A DNA stretch of 64,000 nucleotides, from NCBI GenBank assembly GCA_965205485.1, contig OZ242180.1, forward strand, positions 32,001 through 96,000, given 5' to 3'. Below are positions 29,379 to 39,997 of this stretch, piece after piece. Position 1 is the stretch's first letter, and each line of letters begins with the position of its first letter. Source of the stretch: Candidatus Latescibacterota bacterium (GTDB taxonomy: Bacteria; Latescibacterota; UBA2968; GCA-2709665). Made by a program: the position numbers and the translations under genes. Under the pieces are notes generated by a model. That model worked only from the letters and a program-made list of their open reading frames with translations. It searched no databases and was not told the origin of the DNA.

Positions 29379-29758
29379 AAGACGGATCATATAGCCCGGT
29401 CCTGACAAAGTCAAGCCCGGATTGGGACGATCCCGGACAGGAATCCGACCCGCCGTGGCGCGCTGAACGCATCTCAATCGCGGAGCCGGTCCGAATGCGT
29501 GGGTTTGACGAGTTGAATAAAGTGTCGAATGAATGAATAAGCCGTGGATGGCGTGTGAACGTGGGTTTCGCCGGCGTACTGAACCCACGAAAAATTCCGC
29601 GAACAGAAGAATCCCTTATATTTCTACTGATAGCGCCGAATTCACGTAATTCTCTATTTCACGTGTGCTGAACATCCGAATAATGCTCCTGGTGCGATAG
29701 ATGCAAAAGACTGTCGCACAATGCGTCACCTTATGATTCATGATGAATGAGTTCGAAA

Positions 29759-30240
29759 GAAAAGTGTAAATTTGCGGAGCATATGAGAAATATCAGGATG
29801 CGTTTATGTTTGCGCGGGGAGATTATTTGACATTATAATATTTGCTAATTGAACGGCAGTCATGGATCGTGGATACACGAAAAATGAATAATTGATATTG
29901 GAAGTCAATTATGGATCACCAGGTGTCCTGAAGCAACCGCGCAATTGTCTTCATTTAAAGAAGGGATCGGCCGCGCGGTTCATCAGGATATCACGATATT
30001 TCAGTTCGTGTTGAATTCGATCAATCGAAAAGTGCAAATTCGCGGAACAAATGTCAAATATAAGGATTCGTTTTGATTTGTGTGGGCAGATTATTCGATA
30101 CTATTATGATCATAGTTTGAATCGCAGTCACGAGAAGTGGAGTCTTTACTGGGTTATTTGTTCATATCGGATATCGATTATGGATCGCCAGGTCTCCTGA
30201 GGAATCCGCGCAATCGTCGCTATGACCGGGAGGAATCGCC
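29759..30240 (+). repeat. Degenerate tandem duplication (period ~268 bp) with a promoter-like element in each copy
   Basis: GAAAAGTG(T/C)AAATT at 29759/30027; ATTATGGATC(A/G)CCAGGT(G/C)TCCTGA at 29908/30177. Confidence 0.8.
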
Positions 30241-31001
30241 CTGGAAGTCACGTTTTGATTGCGCCTGATATGATACGGCACAAGGCCCTCATTCTAGAGG
30301 GAGACCCTGCAGTCAAATCGAGGCTTGAGGAACTCCTGGGTGAAGGTCCGTATGAGATTTTCTTCGCGAAAACTGCTTCCAATGGGCTCAGGAATTCAAA
30401 GTACCGAACCCTTGACATTGCAACTGCCGACGTGCGGCTACAGATCGTGCATGGTAAAACACGACCGGGGACTTCGAGTAAGGAGAGAATCGAGGCCAGG
30501 CTGTTCGTCGTCACTTCAGCGTCGCACCACGATCTGATAGAAGAGCCACTCGAGCTTGATTTTCTGGGAAAGTTGGATATTGCAAGGCAGAAAGAGGAAC
30601 ACCCGGAGACAACAGACGATTCCGTGAACTCACAGAGCTATTGGAAGACGGGGCTGGAGTCGTTTCTGGATGCGAATTACAGCAATCCGGACCTGAGTTT
30701 CGATGACTTCATTAGTGAATTCAGGTTCACTCGGTCATACGGTTGCAGGCTGTTCAAACAGCATCTTGGAAAGCCATTTCGGGAAAAACTGCGAGAGATC
30801 AGGATCGCTCGCGCAGCGCAATTGATCGCCGAAACTTCAATGTATATGAAGGAAGTCGCGGCTGAATGTGGGTTCCATTCATCCAAACGTCTCTGCGAAG
30901 CGTTCGTCCGGATTCATGGCATTTCCCCGGTCAAATTTCGTAACCGATACTTTAGGAAGGACTTGCCGGGAGCGTCTGACACCGGCGACAAAACTCGCTG
31001 A
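30222..31001 (+). CDS. AraC family regulator with degenerate receiver-like N-terminus
   Basis: C-terminal RLFKQHLG...RIARAAQLI...EVAAECGF...GISPVKFR; N-terminal ALILEGD...ADVRL. Confidence 0.85.
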   Translation: MTGRNRPGSHVLIAPDMIRHKALILEGDPAVKSRLEELLGEGPYEIFFAKTASNGLRNSKYRTLDIATADVRLQIVHGKTRPGTSSKERIEARLFVVTSASHHDLIEEPLELDFLGKLDIARQKEEHPETTDDSVNSQSYWKTGLESFLDANYSNPDLSFDDFISEFRFTRSYGCRLFKQHLGKPFREKLREIRIARAAQLIAETSMYMKEVAAECGFHSSKRLCEAFVRIHGISPVKFRNRYFRKDLPGASDTGDKTR

Positions 31002-31176
31002 CCGTTACATCTGCTTACCTGGCTTCGATGAGGAAACGCAACCGGTCTTACGGACGCCACGTCGCAGATGCTTCCTCGTCATCCGGGGGTGCCTCCAGGT
31101 CCACAGCGTATCCCTTCCAGCACTCCTTTGGTCGCGCGCATCCTCACTTTTTTGACTGCCATTTAGTCTCATTTGA

Positions 31177-32487
31177 GTGATACAGTTCGTCCATTCGGGA
31201 CGCGGCAGAGGATCAGTTGTAATGAACTCAGGCGAAAGGACTAATCCGTATAAACGTACTCAGGAAGCCGAATCACGCGAAGGTACTGGCGCCCAGGAAG
31301 TACTTTCGACCTCAGGTATCGGTTTTCGGTTCGTACGCTTTTTCCTGCTCGCCATTCTGTGCGTTGTGGGATGCATGATCGGGCTCACCGTTCTGCTGGG
31401 CTGGCATCTGGGAATGGACGTGACGGTCAAGGGGCAGGGTCACGTGCAGCCAACCTCGCGAGAAATCGTCAAGTCTCGACGGCCCGGACTGATCAAGACC
31501 GTTCTTGTGAATCACGGGCAGGACGTCACAGAGGGCGATCTCCTGCTGACCCTGGATGATACGGATCTGCGCAATGAAGTGGAGCAGATCGAAAATGAAC
31601 TTAGACTGAATGAGATTAAACGGCGTGCGGCTTTGCCGGCGGAATGGGAACGCGAGCGTGCGATCATCGAAATGGACATTGCAAGGGCCGAAACCGACCG
31701 GGACACCGAGATACTCCATATGGAGAGGGCACGTGTAGAATATGAATTCAACCATTCTGTCTTACCCTTCCACAAGCATGAAGATTTCGAACATCCGATC
31801 GATAAGCTCATTCCCATGCGAGAACACAAAATTAAACTCCAAAGGGCCAAAGTAGAAATCGAGCATGCAAAACGACGCCTGGCCGCGCTGGATAGTCGCA
31901 GACAGGAATTGAATGAGTTGAAACAGATTTACCGCAAACTTCGGGTTCGGTATCGTCTCCTGAAAACGCACGTGGAACAGATGAATATCCACGCGCCCGT
32001 TTCCGGTACCGTGTTAACCCGTGACCTGGACAAGAGGGTGGGGGATCACCTAGCGGCAGGAGAAGCTGTACTGGAACTGGCGGAATTGACCGGCTGGCAG
32101 GCGCAGGTGATGATTCAGGAGGTGGATATTCCAAAGATCAAGATTGGTCAAATTGCGCGACTGTACGTAGAGGCTTTTCCGCATATGCAGTACAAGATTT
32201 TTGAAGGCACTGTGACCGATGTCCCCAATAAACCTGAACCCACCGCGGACGTGACACAAGGCACGGTTTATGACGTAAAGATACATATAGAGGATCCAGT
32301 TATAATTGACGGTGAGAGGCGATATTCACTCGCTTATGGTATGGGTGTTGAGGCTAAGATTGTAACAGAACGTGGTCCGATTGCGGAGTTAATTTGGAAG
32401 AAGTTTCTAAAATCCGTGGGGAGATTTGAACGTCCTGAGATTTATCACCTGGACGAACATACCGAAAGCGTACAGGTTCTGAACTGA
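31177..32487 (+). CDS. HlyD family membrane fusion protein
   Basis: N-terminal TM, V..GDLLLTLD, coiled coil, IHAPVSGTV, GMGVEAKIVT. Start may be ATG 31222. Confidence 0.9.
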   Translation: MIQFVHSGRGRGSVVMNSGERTNPYKRTQEAESREGTGAQEVLSTSGIGFRFVRFFLLAILCVVGCMIGLTVLLGWHLGMDVTVKGQGHVQPTSREIVKSRRPGLIKTVLVNHGQDVTEGDLLLTLDDTDLRNEVEQIENELRLNEIKRRAALPAEWERERAIIEMDIARAETDRDTEILHMERARVEYEFNHSVLPFHKHEDFEHPIDKLIPMREHKIKLQRAKVEIEHAKRRLAALDSRRQELNELKQIYRKLRVRYRLLKTHVEQMNIHAPVSGTVLTRDLDKRVGDHLAAGEAVLELAELTGWQAQVMIQEVDIPKIKIGQIARLYVEAFPHMQYKIFEGTVTDVPNKPEPTADVTQGTVYDVKIHIEDPVIIDGERRYSLAYGMGVEAKIVTERGPIAELIWKKFLKSVGRFERPEIYHLDEHTESVQVLN

Positions 32488-32492
32488 GCAAA

Positions 32493-34211
32493 TTGATGCG
32501 GCAAATATTAAAGATTATTAAGTTACTCCGTCCCTATTGGCGATTCATTTTTCAATCATTTTTGGTGGGTATTCTGTTGATGTTTCTACAGATCCCAGGG
32601 CCATATATCACTAAGGTCTTAATTGATGATGTATACCCCCAAAGAGATTTCACACTAATGGTTTTTGTATTGGTTCTTACTGCTGTGTTTTCGATCAGTT
32701 TGGGACTCACGAATACTTTGAGTGAGTATTTTGGCGGCTATGTGGGTGTTAACATGGGCATGGATTTTAAGTCTCAGTTTTACACCCATGTTCAAGGATT
32801 GGATTTTGGTTTTTTCGACAATCGTCAAACTGGCGAGATTATTGCACGTTTTAATGATATGGACGATTCAATAGAAAACACCATAGATATGCTCAACAGC
32901 TTAATAATGAATTCACTCCAGTTATTAATCTTTCCTGCCATTCTCCTATACATTAATTGGAAATTGGCTTTGATAAGTATGGCTGTATTACCATTTGACA
33001 CAATTTTGATAATGATTTCAAAACGATATATAAGCAGGATTTCACGAAAATTAACTGAAGCCTTGGCCGGTTTATCTGCAATATCGTTTGAGTCACTCTC
33101 TGGTATTCGAACAATACAGGCGTTAGGGTTAGAGGCTGCATTTTATGATAAACTCCGGGGACACATTTTCGGTGTTTCAAAGTTACAAATTAGGTCGATT
33201 TTATTGAATGGTGGATTTGGATTTATTGGGCTCTTGATAAGGACAACAGGAACCTTTGCCTATGGTTGGTACGGTTGGACACAAATCCTGCATGGTAATC
33301 TCTCTCTGGGTAGCTATATGGCCTTCTCTGCTTATGTGGGATATCTATATGGACCGATTAGCAATTTAATTGGTTTAGTGCAGCATTTGGAATTGACCCT
33401 TGTACATATTAATCGCTTCTTCGAAATCTATGAACTTCGGCCCGAAATTCGGGACCGCCCTAATATGTCAGCTTTACCTGAACTCCAGGGAGAGATTCAA
33501 TTTAACGAGGTTACGTTTTGCTATCAAACAAATCAACCCGTTTTGCGAAATATTGACCTTTACATCTCTGCGAAGACTACTGTGGCTTTAGTAGGAAAGA
33601 GTGGTTCAGGTAAATCGACCCTCGCTAAATTGATTCCACGATTCTATGATCCTCAAGAGGGTGAAATATTAATAGATGGTCATGATATTCGTTATCATCG
33701 TTTGAGTTCTCTACGGCGACAGGTGGGATTTGCGATGCAAGGCAGCACTTTATTTCATGGCTCTATTTTAGAGAACTTGACATTTGGTGAGGATATTCCA
33801 CTGAGAGTCGTGCAGAGCGCAACTCAAGTCACCTATATTGATGATTTCATTTCTACCTTGCCCGAAAGATACAATACGCTGGTGGGCGAGCAAGGTGCGC
33901 AACTCTCGGAGGGCCAGAAACAACGGATCGCCTTAGCACGGGTGTTGTTGATGAATACTCCAATTCTGATCTTAGACGAACCGACAGCTGCTCTGGATCT
34001 TGAATCGGAAGAATATGTCAGTGAAGCCTTAAAGGTGGTTCAAGAGAATAGAACTACGATTATTATCGCGCATCGACTCTCGACAATTCGCAGTGCAGAT
34101 AATATCGTGGTAATTGATGAGGGTCAGATAATTGAGCAGGGCACACATGAATCATTAATTGCTGGTGAGGGCGCGTATGCACACTTGTATAACATAGCTG
34201 CGAGAATTTAG
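32493..34211 (+). CDS. ABC exporter (TMD+NBD) without C39 peptidase domain
   Basis: TM domain, [27 protein letters not shown]; 572 aa. Confidence 0.92.
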   Translation: MMRQILKIIKLLRPYWRFIFQSFLVGILLMFLQIPGPYITKVLIDDVYPQRDFTLMVFVLVLTAVFSISLGLTNTLSEYFGGYVGVNMGMDFKSQFYTHVQGLDFGFFDNRQTGEIIARFNDMDDSIENTIDMLNSLIMNSLQLLIFPAILLYINWKLALISMAVLPFDTILIMISKRYISRISRKLTEALAGLSAISFESLSGIRTIQALGLEAAFYDKLRGHIFGVSKLQIRSILLNGGFGFIGLLIRTTGTFAYGWYGWTQILHGNLSLGSYMAFSAYVGYLYGPISNLIGLVQHLELTLVHINRFFEIYELRPEIRDRPNMSALPELQGEIQFNEVTFCYQTNQPVLRNIDLYISAKTTVALVGKSGSGKSTLAKLIPRFYDPQEGEILIDGHDIRYHRLSSLRRQVGFAMQGSTLFHGSILENLTFGEDIPLRVVQSATQVTYIDDFISTLPERYNTLVGEQGAQLSEGQKQRIALARVLLMNTPILILDEPTAALDLESEEYVSEALKVVQENRTTIIIAHRLSTIRSADNIVVIDEGQIIEQGTHESLIAGEGAYAHLYNIAARI

Positions 34212-34249
34212 CCTTCGGGGATCTAACCTCTCAAAAAGGAGGCCAATTT

Positions 34250-34567
34250 ATGCCTCAGCAAAATTCAGCACCAGAAGCACGCACGAACCGAAACCTGGCA
34301 CGTGAGCAATTGGATGCTGCTCTGTCCCAGGATGGTGCGAACCTCGGTGGTGTCCGTGGCCTGAATGGTGTGGAGATAACCTTTAGGATGAATATTACTC
34401 CACCCATCAGAGTTCGACCCAATAACCCCAAACCTGTTACTGGACGTCCTGATTCCACGATTACTGAAGTTGATGTGTATAGCTATACGGAACGTCGTTC
34501 ACGTACCACCGTTCGATTCTTTTTCCGTATTGCTACACCTGATTCAACCAACGGTGGTGGTGGTTGA
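34250..34567 (+). CDS. 105-aa orphan protein, candidate exported peptide/precursor
   Basis: Strong SD AAGGAGG, 38 nt after the ABC gene; internal LGG, C-terminal GGGG. Confidence 0.7.
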   Translation: MPQQNSAPEARTNRNLAREQLDAALSQDGANLGGVRGLNGVEITFRMNITPPIRVRPNNPKPVTGRPDSTITEVDVYSYTERRSRTTVRFFFRIATPDSTNGGGG

Positions 34568-34600
34568 AATAAGATAAATTGGTAGATCCCCGAAGGCTTG

Positions 34601-35877
34601 TTATATTCAAAAGTTGTGGATCAGATAAAAAAGAGCGTATCCTTACGTGTCACCAAAAACCCGCGAGGCCCCTCGGACGAGGGAGAAAGGGTACGCTCGA
34701 TGAGACAATATACAGCCTCCGAAGTTGAGACGATAGTCAAAGATGAAGTGACGTTGAGCCTGGAAGCCCTGATCCGTGTTGGGGCCAGGCGGATGCTGCA
34801 AGCGGCGTTAGAGTTCGAAGTGGACGCCTACGTCGAGAACTTGCCGCGTGTGCACGACAAACGTGAGGGCAAAGCGTTTCGTTCAGCCATCTTGCCACGA
34901 TATATGCGTCGTGCGCCTTCGATCGATGCGTTGATTCCGGCGCTGTATCTCAGGGGCGTCTCCACGTCGTCGTTCCCGGAGGCCCTTACCGCCATTCTGG
35001 GCGAGCAGGCCCCTGGATTGTCACCCGCCAACGTGGTTCGTCTCAAACAGATTTGGGAACAGGAATATGAGGCGTGGCGTCATCGGGATCTTTCGGATAA
35101 ACACTACGTGTATGTATGGGCTGATGGCATCTATTTCCAGGTGCGGCTGGAACCGGACCGGCCCTGTGTCTTAGTCCTCATCGGCGTCACCAGGGACGGC
35201 CGCAAGGAACCTTTGGCCATAGAAGACGGGCATCGAGAAAGCAAGCTGTCCTGGCAGGACGTGCTGACGGATGTGAAAAGGCGAAGGTTGAAGGAAGCGC
35301 CCGCCCTGGCCATTGGCGATGGGGGTCTGGGGTTCTGGGCGGCACTTGAGGAAGTCTTCCCTCAAACCCATCATCTGCGCTGCTGGGTGCATAAGAGTGC
35401 CAACGTGCTGGATAACCTCCCCAAGACGATCCAGGCGCAGGCCAGAGCGCGCCTCCACCAGATGTATCTCTCACCCATCTGACAGGATGCCCTCGACGCC
35501 TATGAGGACTTCCTGTCCCTGTATGATGACAAATACCCCAAAGCGTGTGCGTGCCTGGAAAAGGACAAGGACGTGCTTTTCACCTTTTACGATTTCCCGG
35601 CTGCCCACTGGCGACACCTCCGGTCCACCAATCCGATCGAATCCACCTTCAGCACCGTTCGCCACCGTACACGACCGACCAAAGGATGCGGCTCCCGAAA
35701 CGCCACGATGATGATGGTCTACAAACTGGCCGACCAAGCCCAGAAACACTGGCACAGACCACACGGTCACAAACTCACTCGTCGTCCAAGGCGTCGAATT
35801 CCAGGACGGAGACATTAAAGCCGCTGCTTAATCCATCAGGATGCGCTCCCCCCATCTACAACACTTGACGATATCTC
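34601..35877 (+). mobile_element. IS256 family element with inactivated transposase
   Basis: VWADGIYF, AIGDGGLGFW, RCWVHK, RSTNPIESTF; in-frame TGA at 35480-35482 and an apparent N-terminal deletion; imperfect inverted ends; near-identical 8-bp flanks AAGGCTTG (34593) / AAGGCATG (35878). Confidence 0.88.
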
Positions 35878-35886
35878 AAGGCATGT

Positions 35887-36615
35887 GTGATGTGTGAGAT
35901 TAGATTTTATCAGGGTATTATTCTGGTAATTGTCTTATTCAGCCTGTTTCAACTACTGCATATCGCAGAACCGTTCTTGCAATTGATTTTACAACCGTAC
36001 GTGGAATATGGGTTTGTGGCTTATGAATTCGGCAAACATCTTTACAGAGATACCCAAATTCTCATTTTGTATATTTTTCGACTTATTCTCATTTATTTGA
36101 TTGTTCAGAGATGTGTCGGAATTTCCATAAAGGCGTCATTGTTCTACAACCGACCTTCACTCTCGCAGAGTTTATATTGGGCCTCTGTTGGAGTTTGCCT
36201 GGCCCTTTATTCTTCAATGGTCGCCTGGCAGGAAAGTATCGAAGATCCATTTTATATAGTCCTCCTCAGTACAGTAGTTGCCGTCGTAATGAATATTGCG
36301 GCTCCACTTCAAGAAGAAATAGTGCATCGAGGTATCCTATTTTCGGCTCTGCGAAAGAAAGGACGTTTATTAGCCTACTTCATTTCAGTTACGTGGTTTG
36401 TACTTAGCCATGTCCCCTCGTATTCAGCTCTTTACTTTAAAGGGATATTGGGCCTTGAATTATATCATTTTATACTTCTGATCTTAATGGCGACCTTTGC
36501 CGCATATATTTATGAGACCACAAAGAAGCTGAGCTTGTGTGTTATCTTTCACAGTGCTTGCAATCTCACTACGGTAGTCAGTGCTTTCTTGAATTATTGT
36601 GTGGAGGGAGCATGA
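35887..36615 (+). CDS. CPBP (CAAX/Abi) intramembrane metalloprotease
   Basis: PLQEEIVHRG (EExxxR), FVLSH, HSACN; multi-TM. Confidence 0.88.
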   Translation: MMCEIRFYQGIILVIVLFSLFQLLHIAEPFLQLILQPYVEYGFVAYEFGKHLYRDTQILILYIFRLILIYLIVQRCVGISIKASLFYNRPSLSQSLYWASVGVCLALYSSMVAWQESIEDPFYIVLLSTVVAVVMNIAAPLQEEIVHRGILFSALRKKGRLLAYFISVTWFVLSHVPSYSALYFKGILGLELYHFILLILMATFAAYIYETTKKLSLCVIFHSACNLTTVVSAFLNYCVEGA

Positions 36616-37552
36616 ATTACCTCAAGCGAATTTGTATCTGGTCGGGTATTGTCGCAGGCATTGTATTCGGCAGTATTGTCCTGTGGCCGTACTTGAACTA
36701 CGATAATCATGAATATTGGCACAATAGGGGTTTACAGTTAAAGCAAGAGAAATCTTATACAGAAGCATTGGAAGTATATGAACATTTGACGGCTCTAGAT
36801 TCAACTGATCTCGGTGCCTGGGATTCCAAGGCGGATGTTCTCTATCGATTGGGGCGTTTTGAAAAAGCTATTCAGTCCTATGATCGGGTATTGGCAATCG
36901 ACCCGGAGAATCACAATGCCTCTCTGCTGAAGGCCCAGGCATTGGGATTTATGGGCAGACCGATAGAAGCGATAGCTGTATACGACCGATTACTTAGTAT
37001 CGGTGCGGACAATCCTGTAAAGGGGAGTGGATCGAACAAAGCACCCACTTTTGAAATATTGCTCCTTGAGGGTCGAGCATCTCAACTAATGCAAATTGAG
37101 CAATTTAGAGAGGCATTAAATACGGTTGATTATGCCATAAGAAAATCACCTGATGACGTTAATTTATGGAATGCTCGCGTTGCGCCTTTGTTGGCCTTAA
37201 AGCAATATGAGAAGATTATTGAAACCTCTGAGATCATACTTCAGATGAATCCAGATTCTCCAAATGCGGCGTCGCCTGGAACAGTAAGGGCACTGCTCTG
37301 TTCGAACTGAAGAGGTGTGAAGAAGCTCTTGAGGCATTTACCCGAGCTTCTCAATTCAATCCGAAATTTGGCGTTGCGTGGTATAACCGAGCACACCTTC
37401 ACATATTAAAGGGCCATAGAGATTCGGCCGTCGCATATCTCAATACGGCTCTCAAATTGGACCCTACGCTCGGAACAGATATTACTCAAGATGAGGTCTT
37501 ACAATCATTGGTAGATTCAAATCTGCTTGAACTGGGCACTATTGAACCTTGA
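36612..37552 (+). pseudogene. Membrane-anchored TPR protein, frameshifted near 37270
   Basis: ATG overlaps the CPBP stop; N-terminal TM then TPRs. TPRs continue in another frame (VAWNSKGTALFELK...AWYNRA...LKLDP) to TGA at 37550-37552. Confidence 0.8.
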
Positions 37553-37764
37553 TTAAAGGGAGCGAATCATGAAATATTGGAGGATAATGGCTTGGTTGGT
37601 TGATAACCATCGGTTTTGTGATTCTTGTCCTAGCGCGGCTTCGCTTTGTTCAGCCGCAACGAAATAGAGTTTGTTAAACACGACCGGTTGTTTTTGGGTA
37701 TGAAGAACGGCGTTCATCCTTTGTGATGGAAGTGCCAACCGCCATCGACACAAGGAGGAACGCC

Positions 37765-38308
37765 GTGAATGACTTCGTGGAACAATATAGTGTAAAAATT
37801 ACCGGAGTGGTATCCTGTTTTGATCGGATTTTGTTCAAAGGGTACCTGTCCCTTGGATTTGGGCGTGCGATGGAGCGGTTCATCGGCAATCAGGGTTTGA
37901 TATTGAAGGACTTCAAGCGTTTTGTGACGACGCATTCCAGACGATCAAGAACCACGCTGAGGCGATGGCAAACAAGCAGCAGCGCCCGCTCATTTATCTC
38001 GAGAGCAACACGATCAGAAGAGACGACGAAGCGCGCCTCAGGGCGCAAGGCGATGGGATCACACAAGGTCTCGTCTGTGTGTTCCGGGCCTTGGAAGGCT
38101 GCAAGAGTTTCAAGCCCGTACCAGGGGTAGGCAGGCCTCGCCTGATCAACGCCCGACGGAAATGCCTGTGTTGCTACTCTTACTTTATTGACCGGGAGTT
38201 CGGACTGATGCGCGACCACATTCAGTCCTGGTTCCCGCTGGTGGTTCAGGTCTGTCTCAACGGCCACGAGTTCCTAGCGCGTAAGATCGACAACCACGGC
38301 ATCCCCTA
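37765..38308 (+). pseudogene. Frameshifted, truncated putative mobile-element protein
   Basis: ITGVVSCFDRILFKGYL...YFIDREFGL...QSWFP..VQVCLNGHE resembles an uncharacterised transposase-like family; cut by the IS21 end. Confidence 0.5.
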
Positions 38309-39166
38309 TGTTACGGATCGCCCTTTTGAGACCACCCATGATCGCCTCAATGGAGCCACGTGGAAGTGGCGATTCTAGGGTTTCGGACGGGGTATGTAGT
38401 TGGTGTTTTACTCGCGCCTGTGGTAATGGTTTGGGCAGCGATAGCTTTTTTCTTCAAGGATGACGCGATAGCCGCGGTGCCTGAGGCTGTCGAGCGTTGC
38501 GGCGCCGAGTAGTCGATTGGGGAAGGCGTGTCCCCATTCGGAGAAGTCGAGGTTTGAGGTGGCAATGGTTGCCCCAGGTAATGTCCGATCCCGCCTATTG
38601 TGTCCATTTCTAAACCGGTGCTTTTGTCAAAAACAAAACCGTTGTTGACACTGTAGGTGCGTTGAACCTCCGGGTCGTGGTAGCAAGTCCAGATAGAGAC
38701 GTCTTTGGGGTTGTCGATCACCAAGCGCGCAGGCGCCCCACTGAAGAACTCGAAGGCACTTCTGTCGCAGGAATGCCTCGTCTCGTCCTTTTGATTCGGG
38801 ACGATCTCGGCACACTGTTGCGAGACCAGCCCGGCAACATAACGAAAACCCACGTCGCGAAGCGGGCTTGCCTTCTGCCGTCCTATGAACCCCGAACGCG
38901 CGATCGCTCGATCCAAATCGCCCAAACGCATACGCGTCAATACCTGGCTATATTGTTATATCTCGAACCTCCGGTTTGCCATGATCTTCCCTCCTGGCTG
39001 TCGGGGTGACCATTCAGAAGGTAGATACGTTTCCGGAAAGTCCGAAACCTCAATCGCATCCCAGGTGGCCTGGTTAGGCCGATCTTCAACTGGCCTGATT
39101 AAGGCGATCCTGCAGTGGCCGCATTAGGGCGATCACGCAATGGCCGCATACGGGCGATCATTAACA
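38309..39166 (-). mobile_element. Internally deleted IS21 family element
   Basis: Ends TGTTACGGATCGCCC / GGGCGATCATTAACA with repeated GATCGCC; istA N-terminus (MANRRFE...RMRLGD), istA core (ARLVIDNPK) and istB C-terminus (TSNLDFSEWGHAFP...ILEEKSYR). Confidence 0.85.
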
Positions 39167-39359
39167 AAGTAGATGGCCGCCAGCGGGACAGGTTCCCGTT
39201 TGAGCATCACCGCCACAATCGCCGGCACGGCGCCCTGACCATCACTGAGTTGGTTCTCACGAAGTTGAATCCCATCAGGCAGGTTCCCCTCGCCGCCACT
39301 ATAGAGATGAGATAACGATTCAGTCAGCAGCACACCTGTCCAAAATCGTTTTTTGCAGC

Positions 39360-39540
39360 CGCTATCACGACATGATCCACTTGCAGCCGGAGCGAGGGCA
39401 TCCTGCCCTCGAATTTCGCGTCACCTACCCCCACTCGCGCCGAGAGACTGACGCGTCCATTCAATCCGACACCGGTTCGCGGAAGACACCGTGTGCGACG
39501 AGTAATCCGATGCCGAGGGCAGGATGCCCTCGCTCCCGGG
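39360..39540. repeat. REP doublet (GGAGCGAGGGCATCCTGCCCTCG, inverted pair)
   Basis: 39387-39411 and 39514-39537 are inverted copies. Confidence 0.75.
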
Positions 39541-39730
39541 AACGCCAACCAAATCGGTTTCTGTCCTGGACATCCGTGGCAAAAAAGAGGGGACCTGCAT
39601 TGGCGTTTCGAAGCGACTGACTAGAAAACCAGGCACTTACGCATCCAAGATGGTCTCCTTCAAACTATCTTGGACAGCTGTGAGTCAGCAGTTCAATTTA
39701 GCGTACACCTTCTTTCAGGAGGACTGGGTT

Positions 39731-39997
39731 ATGGACGATTCTGTGGATTTGGGATTGGAGGAGCAGATTTTATACCTCAACGCAAGGATTGAAGTCATAA
39801 GCACGGTTCTCGAGGTTATTTGTATGGATCGAGTATCGAACGATGCATCTGAAGATCCCGTGAGAACGGCTCGAAAACTCAAGGAAGATTTACTTGCTCT
39901 TGTTGCAGATCGACCTGATGGTCGGTTTATCGAGCTGTGTAAGGAATTCTCGGCGAAATATATGGATGATACAATAGCTCGTGCGAAATCTCTTTAA
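39731..39997 (+). CDS. Small hypothetical helical protein (88 aa)
   Basis: SD AGGAGG; MDDSVDLGLEEQILYLNARIEVI... Confidence 0.55.
   Translation: MDDSVDLGLEEQILYLNARIEVISTVLEVICMDRVSNDASEDPVRTARKLKEDLLALVADRPDGRFIELCKEFSAKYMDDTIARAKSL

Noticed and set aside
29827..29839. TTGACA next to TATAAT as a perfect promoter
   Set aside because: Only 1 nt apart, so they cannot be a -35/-10 pair.
35480..35482. In-frame TGA in the IS256 transposase as selenocysteine or readthrough
   Set aside because: Not a Cys position; the element has other lesions; simple nonsense mutation is more likely.
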